The notes under the pieces: model-generated
What the model saw: the letters and a program-made list of their open reading frames with translations, nothing else
What the model was told of the DNA's origin: nothing
Database searches by the model: none
In this document: positions 23,442 through 34,100 of the stretch, piece after piece
Layout of the letters: each line of letters opens with the position of its first letter
Numbering within the stretch: position 1 is the first letter of the stretch
Translations under genes and position numbers: made by a program
Assembly: GCA_002269645.1 (NCBI GenBank)
Contig: NIVC01000555.1
Span: 244,482-308,481 of the forward strand
From: Macrostomum lignano
Taxonomy: Eukaryota
Length of the DNA: 64,000 bases
Direction of reading: 5' to 3'

Positions 23442-26400
23442 TCACTTTTTGTACAGCGCGACGTCCAGCCACAGTCCCAGCGCCTCGACGTCGCGGTCCT
23501 CCGCGCTCATGTCGAACCAGTTCGTCGCCGGCCCGGACTCTCCTCCACCGTCGAGTCGCTGATTTGCCAATGCCCGGTAGCGAGCTCTTGACCGGCTGTC
23601 CACCTGCGAGTGAATGGGGATCGATACTGTATGTCTCACTCACACAGCAGTGAGGCAGAGCTGTCTCACTCTTACAGAGCTACACAAAACTCAGACCTGC
23701 TCACTCAGCTGATTGCGAGAGTCTCACCTGTCCAACCTGAACTACCAGCAGGCGGCGTCTGAACGAGTTCGCAGCGAGGAAGGCTTGGAACTCGCACTGC
23801 AGCTCGGCCTCGTCTCTGAACCAACTGAGCAGGCCGTCGTTGAGCAGCAGCACGAACTGGCGAGTTCGCTTCATCATGAAGCTGTTGATGCGGCCGGCTT
23901 GCGAGGCGCCCTCGAAGTTTTCAGGCCAGCGATCAGCCAGGACCGCGTCGTTGGTACCGAGCCGAACGCCAGGGAGGCGACGAACGATGAGCTCGACGAC
24001 GGTGTTTGAGCTCGAAGCTGGGTCGGCTCGAGACTCGGAGTCAGAGGCGGACTCCAGAGCGGACAGGATGAAGACCTCCGGCATTTTGTCCGAGTGGAAC
24101 GGCGGCCAGTCCCGAATCGTGCCCAGAATGATGCGGCTTCCTATAGGTAAGTAATTATACTAAAAGACACTGACATTGATATTTTTCTGTTCCAACTTAA
24201 TTCGCCAAATGCGAGCATTACTGAAAACAAATTGATAAGCTTAAACTGTATTCTAAGCAAAACTGTAGTTGCGCTTGCTATTCAGGAAGAATTGATTAAT
24301 TCTTACGCATAAAATCCATCGTCTGATCAACGTCGACAACCAGCGGCTGCTCATCAGAAGTTAGATCTACCAGCTCTTTAGGTTCAGCCGCTGTTGAACT
24401 CTCAGTGCCAACGGTTGCCAGCGCCGCAGCTGTGGTAGTCTCTGGAACCACTGACTGATCAAACACGAGAACGGCGGCCGGATCTCGGTTTCGAATGCGC
24501 TCGATGAGTCGGTACTCCCAGTCCACCGATTTGTACACGATGTCGCTCCCTGCGAGGATTTTCTGCAGAGTGTGGAACGCCTCCACGTCCTCAGGTCCGA
24601 GCTGTCTCTGGCGCTGAAGCGACACTCTGCGCGAGCTCAGGCGCAGAAACACAATGTCCTTGAACGGATTCCGACCCACGCTGTCGAGCTCTCGAATCAC
24701 CTGGCACAGAGCCAGGTACTGGGTGTCGAGGAACCTCTCGGTCAGAGCTACCACCACTTTGCCGCTGAACTTGGCTCCCTCAGCTGGACAGTCAAAGTAG
24801 GTGAGCGGACAGGAGCACAGGTCCGAGTAGAGGAAGCTCTCCGGAACGCACAGCTCGAGCTCGTCTCCGCCCGAGGCGCTGCGCACGCAGTTCAGCACGT
24901 CGACCAGACAGTCCTGGTCTCTGTCCGACGCCCACAGCATCGCGTCGTACGGCAGCGAGTCGCGAGATGCCTGATGCTGCAGTCGCCGACTGCTCTGGTA
25001 CTTGAGGAGGATGAGGACTCGAACCACGGCCAGCAGTCGGTGTCGACGGCGGACAGCGAGCATCGCGAGACCGAGCAGCACGAGACCAAATGCTGATGTC
25101 AGAACGATCCGGACGGTCTGCTTTCGCTGCTGTGCTGCCGAGTCCGCTATGAGCTCGCACACTTTGACAAGTCTGCCTTCATCACTCACTAATTGATAGT
25201 CTGTTGAGTTTTTTAGCTTCTTACAGACGACGTTCCACTTGTGATCGTGACTGTTGACCTTACAGGCGTCAATTATGTCTTGGTCGACACTGCAGGTCAT
25301 ACGTTGAAAGTCGGACACAACTTGTGTAGTTTTAGAGACCTGCAGAAGCGTTTGATGCAACTGCAGCCATTCTTTAGTGCAGGAGCATTGCCACGGGTTG
25401 TCACTTAGAGTGATGTCCATTAGACTCGGCAAGCAGTTCTCATCGAAAATCTCAACATCAAGTGTTGTCATGTCGTTGTTGTTTAGTGATATGTTTTGGG
25501 TGTTGTTCGCGAAAGTACATATCGACTCTTTTTTGAAACTCTTGATTCGATTGTGATCCAATTCAATCCGGGCTAGGCGGTGGTCGAAATTAAAGGCCCC
25601 GTTCTCAATGTAAACAATGCCACTGTTGCTCAATTTCAGAAACTCCAGCTGTGCGGAAAAACTCTGAGGCTTCCACTTGAAGGTTCCAGACGATATGTGG
25701 CGAAGACTGTCGACACCGTGGATGTCTGACATGTCAATTTTCTTTACTGGATAGTCGATAACCAACTGTGACAGACTGAGTGATTTGTTTTGACATTGTA
25801 AGTCGAAGAATGTCCAGTCTTCATTGTGATAACAGGAGCATCCTGCCATGCAGTACACCCAGCACTTGGTAGGGTCCGTGCAGTTCTTACTGGGCAGCTT
25901 GTGTTTCTTTTTGCCTTCAAAGTTGCAGAGAAATTGTACAGACTGCTGCTTGGCCTCACGGAGAGAGAGATTTACTTTGCCTCTGTCAGGATCAAAAAAC
26001 GTGCAGTTTGAGTCCATCTCCTCATCCGGAATTCGGGATAATGGTATTCGCTATGTTCGGCCCACGGGGAATTCTCCTCCTCTTCGAATGTCTTCATGTA
26101 GACACTGCCGCAGTCGCAGACTAAATTATTTTGCTGGTTCTTTGCGTACAGCACCACTCTGGAGCCCAGTGTCGTTCTCTTCGTCATAGTCATGCTGTCG
26201 TAGTAGATATGAAGCAATTGGTTGTGGCTGAGGTCAATGAAGTCCAGCATCTTAAGATTATTGAATGCACCTGTTTCAATCGCAGTAATGCAATTATTGG
26301 CCAGCTTAACTCTGTGCAGTTGAGAAGATCTTGGCAAGGAGTCATTCTCGACGTTTCCTAATTGATTGTGCTGAATACTGATCTCCTCCAGTCGCTCTAG

Positions 26401-29400
26401 GCTTGACAGTAAGAAGTACATTAATTTATTATAGTCTAAGTTCAAAACAACAAGGCTGCCTTTTAAGCGGGACTTTGCGAACGCTTCCGGGTTTATGGTG
26501 GTAATCTGGTTGCCTTGGAGATGGAGCTCCGCCAATTGGACCTGCGAATGCCAAACATGTAGGAAGGCACCTTTTTAAATACTACGAGTACAGTGTGTGC
26601 AAGTAAGGCTAGCAGGTTAATTTTTAACAAACGAATATGAAGGATCCCACACCATTTTAGTTCTACTTTGTCTTTGATAACCTTTCGTTTTGATTCTCGC
26701 TCTCCCGCCCCGCCTCTTACTTAGGGGCTGAGTAAGGGCTGAGCAAGGCAGTAACGTGGCCGACTCTCGAGCTTAAGTTCCGAGCGCGGCCACATTAATG
26801 TCTACTAAGCCTGCTCCGTGGGCCTCAGTGTAAAGTTTGTCAGCTCCACCCTTTCCCCTCGCGCCCTCCTCTCAACTCTCCCCCTCGCCCCATGCCGGGG
26901 TTTTTTTAACCCCGTATTTTCAGGCTTTGCCTTGGCACTGCGTGCAATGGTGCAATTGCTCTGATTTTCATTCTTTAGCTGTTTCAACAACCATGGAAAT
27001 TGCACGCGCACTACTAACAGCCAGACAGCTCAGAGCGGAGCTGGCCAAGCGCGGTCTACCAAACACAGGCTGCAAACAACAGCTCTACTAACGGCTATGC
27101 CACCACTTGTAGTCTGAAAGTCCCACAGCCGACTCTGATGGCTCCGGCGCGACTCTTGATGCAGGAATCATCGCCGACTTGTCAACAGGTGGGCACAAGG
27201 AACGAGGTGGGCACGGGGCGCTGCTGGCGAGGTTCTGCAGATGGAGGTCGAAGAGCTGGAAATCAAGGCGCTGACGCGGCGCCGTGCTCAACTGCAGCGG
27301 CAGTTCAACGAGAACCAGACTGCTGCCTCCCTACTTAAAGGTGAGCCCACTGATTTTTCTTCTGGTGTGCATGAGGCCTATTTATCTTGCGCTGGTATAT
27401 AGAGCGCGGTCAGTCGGCCAGAAAGAGCAGCCGGGCCTACCTGATCCGAGACTTTGTCAAGCCCAATGCAAATCAGTCAAGCGAGAGCCTGACCGCTTGT
27501 ATGAGAACGGCAACTTGTGATTCAAGAAGCAGCTGCGAAACCCAAGCAAGATTTCCACCGGCCAATGAATCTCCGGTAATGCTCTAATCCTACAGCACCA
27601 GATTGAGGACGGCTCGCTCATCTACACGAATGTCGACGGGTCTCTACCAGCGAGCTGAGAGGCTACCCAGTAGATCTGCGAACTTCTTGACGCCAACTAC
27701 AGCCCATATATTGCGGTGGGAGTTTGATAAAGTTTACAGGAAGCTACTGGCCGAGCCGGACTGACTGCCGGCTGTCAGTGGTTCAGCTGCAGGTACCCGC
27801 ATGTCTGCAAGCTGCCCGGCTGCGGTTAAGCCACACCCACCCACCTGCATCGTCAAAGCAGCAATGTGGCGGAAGGATAAAAAACTAAAAGCAATTGCCT
27901 ATGCCTTCCTGTCGCTGCTGTGTGGATTTGCGGGTTAACTTTTGTTTAACGCACGAACTATCAAAATAACGGAGCTCGAAAGCTCCAGGGTTAACGCCGT
28001 TTGACTCTCGTTCCACGATCGCTGGTTCGATTCCGTGTCGTTCAACGATCGCTGGTTCGATTCCGTGTCGTTCAACGATCGCTGGTTCGATTCCGTGCCC
28101 GACCACATTCATTTGAGGATCATGGCCCTTCAAATGGCCAAGGGTTGTCATGTGATTCACACCCTTGATCGCCAATCTCCAAGGCACAGAGAGTGCACAT
28201 GCCTGACGATTATAAAGTCAGGACCACTGTGCATGTACATTCTGTCTCGATAGTCATCAATAGTCAGCGGAATGGGCAGAACCGTTAGTTGTGGGACGAT
28301 ATCGCTGAAGGTGTTGCGCCAGATTGCTTAAACCCTAATAAAAAATTAACTAAGTAACTAAATTAGTTACTCACGTTATACCAGGGCTGAATTTCGCCGA
28401 TCAGTTCGATTCTATTGTAGGACAAGTCCAAAACCTTCAGAGTCTGCGCAGAGGCCCTAAACCAGTAGCAGTGTCTGTTCTTGCCCGTTCCGTTTTGTAC
28501 CGGTGGACGCCAGCAGATCCAGTCGCGGTACAAGCCGGAGATGCGGTTGTGGCTCAGGTTGACAGTCTGGAGGTTCCCAAGCAGGCTAAGCGAATAGGGT
28601 ATTTCATTGAGTTTATTGAAGCTGAGGTCCAAGTAACTCAGTCCGACGCCCCAAGGAACCTGTTTGCTCAAGTTCTGCTTATTTTCGCTCTCGTTAAACT
28701 CCTGATGACCAAACACCAACGAGAAGTCAATGTTATCGTTGTCCATCATGTCGTACAGGTATGTTACTTTGTTTAGTCGTCCCGAAGCATTGTAGCTGTA
28801 CTTCAGATTCTCGAAAGCCTTTTTAACAAGTTTGTTATGGCTATTCAACCGAGTTCTGTTTTTGACCAGCTGTGCTAAAAGCTCGTCTAATGCATTGAGC
28901 GTCACTTGCAGTGCGTCGCTGCCGAACTCGGAAATGTTGCAGTGAGCCATTGTCAGACTGTCGATATTTCTCAGAGCCAAGAGGTTTTGCACTGACACCC
29001 AGGTGATTGGCGAGTACCGAATCTGAATGCTGCGCAGATGCGTGCACCGATGCGTGATGTACACGGGAAGGAAATAAAGGTCTACCCTGTCCAAGTGAAG
29101 GTACGTCAGCTTGCAGTCGGACTTGTTGAAGTCCTTCGGGTAGGCGACCTCTACAGTGTAGTAGCCGCCTACTCCAGGCTTCTCGGGTATTCCGAACTGC
29201 GCCAGTTTCATTTCCTCTCGCAGCTCGACATGCTCCAACTCCAGCTGAGTCGCGTCAACGTTGATGTTGATTGGACAACCGATTATCAAGACTTCGGCTG
29301 GCGGATACACCTGAAACCCATCGAATAATTTCAGATTCATAGTTCAGAATTATTAAAAGCAGCTGGGCACATTTATTTCAGTTGAAGATGTTACCTTTGA

Positions 29401-29968
29401 CATAAGTGATTTTCTCATTGGTAAGCGCTTCCAGAATAATTTTGATGTGTCTTAATTGTCTTCACTGATGCGTAACAATGGTAGCAATAGAGAGATATGA
29501 AAGACTTGTACAGCGGCCCTGACTTTACATTCTATGCCTCATGGGGTTGGTCTTCATGGACCGCGATGAGGACCGCAGTGATTTAAAAGTACTCACCTTA
29601 ATAGTCATCTTATTTTTGTAGTGCGCTAGGCTCAGCTGCCGAAGATCCACTGTGGCGCAGTTGTGACAACCGCTGCAGTCAATCGTGAGATTCAAAACAA
29701 CTCTGTAAAGAATTAATGAGCACGGAACTCCCGATTCGGGTGGCACTTCGAACCGGTGAGAGATTTTGCAGTAAAAGTCATATCCCGACGGGTGGCCGGA
29801 GTCGCAGAGGCACTGGCTGTTGTTGTCATTAAAGACAACAAAACTGCTTTGGATTTGATCTTCTGGGTAATTAACTTTACCGCGGTGTCTGGAGCTCTGA
29901 GATGCAGTAAAACTTGACATCATTGCAAATAAGCAGACGCAGCTCAGTAACGCCAAGGCACTACCCAT
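23442..29968 (-). CDS. Toll-like receptor copy 1 (multi-cysteine-cluster type), predicted SP-CysRich-LRR-LRRCT-LRRNT-LRR-LRRCT-TM-TIR-TIR, 5 exons, one frameshift at about 26035
   Basis: Exons 29968-29597, 29310-28375, 26541-24307, 24140-23728 and 23603-23442, all GT-AG and phase-compatible. Signal peptide MGSALALLSCVCLF; LRRs (LSYLDLSFNKLNEIP, LQTVNLSHNRISGL, LDFIDLSHNQL); internal LVCDC and CxxxCxC clusters; NPWQCSC; TM IVLTSAFGLVLLGLAMLAV; TIR1 PYDAMLWAS…ELCVP…KVVVALTERFL; TIR2 PEVFILS…RQFVLLLNDGLLSW…RRLLVV. A GGG run at 26035-26037 is GGGG in copy 2. Confidence 0.85.
26993..27780 (+). mobile_element. Decayed SAP-domain gag-like retroelement fragment in TLR copy 1 intron 2
   Basis: LTARQLRAELAKRGLPNTGCKQQLY*RL fits the SAP consensus. 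Downstream RFPPANESPVML*SYSTRL resembles the gag RxQxxxESxxxYxxRL motif. It contains stops and frameshifts and is absent from the same intron of copy 2 (443 bp versus 1,833 bp). Confidence 0.55.
27990..28345 (+). mobile_element. tRNA-derived SINE with a triplicated B-box
   Basis: GGTTCGATTCC at 28024, 28054 and 28084 (30-bp tandem unit). The core GGCACAGAGAG…ACATGCCTGA…AAAGTCAGG..C.CTGT is shared with about 37034-37085 and about 48226-48280. A-rich tail. Confidence 0.65.
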
Positions 29969-31189
29969 TTCTGTTTTGGTGTATGTGCAAAATGAACTCT
30001 ATACTGCGTCAATTGCGTAGAAATTTATCCAGCTAAAAATGTGGAACTTCGCCCGTACAATTGAAATTTATTTAGTCGCTTTGCCTCTGCAGTTGTTTAT
30101 TTTATATTTTGAAGTCTCAGCTGCAGTGGGGGGGAACTTGTTGCTGTCAGATTTTCAGATAACGCCCCTCAGCAGAAGCCAAGGAACCCAAGTCACTACA
30201 GCGGAAAAATCGAAAAACGTATTTGGACGGCCTTGAAAGTTTTCAGTCACTTTGCAACATTCAAATTATAACTAACCCAATATCTTCATTTAGATGAAGT
30301 TTCATAGGCTGCTCCTAAACGATAAGCTAAATGCATGTAAACTCTACGAGAGTTGGAAAATAAAATCCTGGAAAATAAAAAGTGACGCATTAAAAGGTCA
30401 GAAACAATTGCTTTTTGTTTAAGTTTTTAATGTCGATCTTCGACATTCTTAAAAATTGTGCAGTCTTAAATCAGAGACACCAAAGAATCAATTTATTCAT
30501 CAAACATCATCGGCCACTTCTTTTGGCGAAATGTAAGAATCTTTAAAATGTATTAACTCATTGCTCTATGTATTCTTCAATTCATTGTTAAACTGTCCTA
30601 TGTATAAAAAATTTTAGGTAAAATCAGAACCTCAAAATCAGACATAGCCACGGGCATATTGTACTGCTCTGCGCACACAAGCTCGAGTGGTCGATAATGC
30701 GATGTTAATAAAAAATGTTTTCGATAATCAGCAGTACTGAACTGATATAATAATACATAAATTTATTCTTTAGCATGTACAGAGTCGTATATTCCTTGTC
30801 AACGAAACGCGATTGGGGCACTCCTAAGTATATAAATACGTCCTTCTTCATTAGAGCTCAGGCCTCAAACCAGATCGCAGCACATCGATCGTAAGTCGAA
30901 AGTAGAAATGGCGTTGAAAGCCTAAAAAGCAACTTTCTAAAAGTCTCTCTCTAAATTTTAACATTTACAAAATTATACAAAACTACGAGTAACTACAAAT
31001 TATTGATCTTGTACCGGTACATGCACTCTCTTGCAATTTGATAGAACCTTAAAAATTGGGAAATCATTGAATGGGTAGCTATGACCTTACAGCTTATACG
31101 ACAATAAGGATTTCTTCTTTCTTGAAAAAAATTGTTCACTGCTAGTTTTTTAACGTGAATAGAGACAATCAACACAATACTTGACTCCG

Positions 31190-34100
31190 TCACTTCCTGT
31201 ACAGCACTCCGTCCAGCCAAAGCCCCAGCGCCTCGACGTCGCAGACCTCCGCGCTCATGTCGAACCAATTCGTCGCCGGCCCGGACTCTCCGCCGTCCAG
31301 TCGCTGATTCGCCAACGCCCGGTAGCGAGCTCTCGACCGGCTGTCCACCTGCAGGCGAAAGACGATTGATTTATCTCATTCATACAGATCAGTGAGGCAA
31401 AGCTACTCAAAACTCACACCTGCTCACTTAGCTGATTGCGAGAGTCTCACCTGTCCAACCTGAACTACCAGCAGGCGGCGTCTGAACGAGTTCGCAGCGA
31501 GGAAGGCTTGGAACTCGCACTGCAGCTCAGCCTCGTCTCTGAACCAACTGAGCAGGCCGTTGTTGAGCAGCAGCACTAACTGGCGAGTTCGCTTCATCAT
31601 GAAGCTGTTGATGCGGCCGGCTGGCGAGGCGCCCTCGAAGTTGTCGGGCCAGCGAGCAGCCAGGACCGCGTCGTTGGTACCGAGCCGAACGCCTGAGAGG
31701 CGACAAGCTATAAGCTCGACGACGGTGTTTGAGCTCGAAGCTGAGTTGGCTCGGAACTCGGAGTCAGAGGCGGACTCGGGGGCGGACAGGATGAAGACCT
31801 CCGGCACTTTGTCCGAGTGGAACGGCGGCCAGTCACTGATCGTGCCCATACCGCGATTTTCTGAAGTAATTAATTGAGCCACGGAATAGCGTTTTCAAAG
31901 TTCATAATTAAAAAAGACGCTAGTTCGTCATTGTCTTTATTGACTTCCGAAAATAGTTCGATTTGGTGTTCAGAACTGCGCTCCTACGAGCGTGTATTCA
32001 TCCTGTGGGTCTATCTCGTTTTACTGCAACTGGATTTCACAGCATAATGTCGTTATACCACTACACGAGATGGCCTGTCCAATCTGTTGGATACCTAGTC
32101 TGTTTCTGGGCTCTCCCCTCGGCCTGCTGCGGCGTAGACGCATTGGCTGCTGCCACGTGGAGAGTCGCCTTAGCATGCTTGGCTACGTGGACCTTGACGA
32201 CCATGCTGGAGCGACAGCTGGACTCGGCGCACTAAGGGCTGCTTCGCACGTGGCGTGCAGACAATGAGGCCCTGTACTAAAGTGTTACGCTGCAACATCC
32301 GTCCACCATATTGTGCCGGTTTTGACCTTAACTGGCGGGCCACGTGATCCGGGCCGAGAGCTGCTGCTCATCTTGCAGGGCCTTTCAGGCGGGCGTAAAT
32401 ATCACCCGTCAACACTCGGAACTGCCTGCTGTCTGACACAGCAGTGCCCGCTCGCTCGCGCTGCGGCACGCCACCCGACACTCCCTAACCGTCTGAATCA
32501 TTTTCAAGTTCGCGTCCTTTGTTTTCGTATAGCTACATGATATTTTATGCAAGAAAAATATATTTAACAACATTTAGCAGCCAAATTTTTCGTCAGTATT
32601 GTAGACATCTCGAAACATAGTAGACTACTACAAGTAGCAAGATAAAATTACGAATACAAATTTTGAAACAGCATGCGTCACTCTATTTTCAGCAATATCC
32701 AGTAATATCACAAAAACGGCGAGTGATCATTCTATAGTTTGAAAAACCGGTTCGCAAAATCTATTTTTAGAATTTCAAAATATAGTAAATGTTAACCTGA
32801 ATACGACTGTAGTGACTGGCTGCTAACTGGCCATTCAGCAGCATTCACTAGCTTTCCTAAGAGCTCTGTGATCCGCTGCACAGCAGCTCAGTCCACCTGA
32901 TCTAGAAAGAGGTTACCCTGTGCTGGGCCGAAGTGTTTACTGCCCGATGACTCATCGCCCGAGCAGGCGCGAGCAGCCACATACAATGTCTTCCCATTCG
33001 CGCTGAGGAGGCATAGCAGGATGACTCATAATCTGCACGGAGTTTAATGGCTGCCTAGAGAGAGTAAACAGGATGAATCATCCGCCCAATTTCTACTTTT
33101 AGCACAGAATAAGCACGTGACTGTGCACGCAAGTTGTGCGTGGCCGCTGACCTTGAGTCACGCCACTGCTGCGTGGCAGGGTTACCTCATTTGGAAGTTG
33201 GCCTTGAGTCACGCATCTCCGGCATGACTCCGAAGACAAATAAGGAAGTTTCACGCGCTCACTGCATGAAAGTCACGTGACTTTTGGGGGTCCGCTCGGC
33301 TATAAATACGGAGCATCTCTGGGAGCCAGTTTTGCCCAGGCGTCCTCACTCGTTCGCGTCCGTCCGGCGACCGGAGCTGCATCTCTCCTCCCTCATTTCA
33401 GGATTTTCAGGTTTTTCAGGTTCGAGCAGCAATTTTAGGAACGATCAACCGTCGAGACATTTTCAGATTTGCCTGGCTCCGTGCGTTATTTTATTTTCAC
33501 GTTACAGATAGACAACTCTGCCGACGCGTCGAATCCGCAAACCAAGGTGACAGCAACCCTACCAAGTTTAAGGCTAACGTTTTAAAATCTTTTCAGGCAA
33601 ATCGATAGGTAGTACAACGGTACTATCTAGCAGCTTCCGGATGAGCGAGTTCAATTTTAGGTTCATCGTACAGAACTCGGGAAGGAGCGTAACACGACCA
33701 AGTCTCATCCTTTTCTATTCAAAAACCCACCTGTCAACTGATAAAATTCCTTTCTTGACCTCATAAAAAAACCGGTCTGGGCTCAAGGTCGACTTCAATT
33801 GTGTATATATACGAGCGAAAAATACGAGCTGAAATCTCAGACTCGGAGCGACCTCAAGAGATCTTGGGCTTTGCTAGAGCAGCCAAATGAGGCTACATCT
33901 CCAAGGGAGACAAATACCAATTGGTAAGCCTTTGTCAAAGTCTTTGTTACTTGTCAAAGTAGATTGAAGTATTTGATTATTGAGAGCTGTGTTATTACCG
34001 GCCGTTACTGATCAGTTGATTTTTATTGAGTTATTGGATTTGAGGCCTCCCTATTCCTACGGGATTGGATAGGATCTACTTACCGATTCCGATACTCTTA

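Noticed and set aside
23701-24084. Stand-alone TIR adaptor gene (also 31424-31882)
   Set aside because: Conserved phase-matched donors and acceptors in both copies join it to the upstream receptor, so it is treated as exon 4.
31992-32267. RING-like CPIC…CCH peptide in TLR copy 2 intron 3
   Set aside because: The remaining zinc ligands are missing and there is no splice support.
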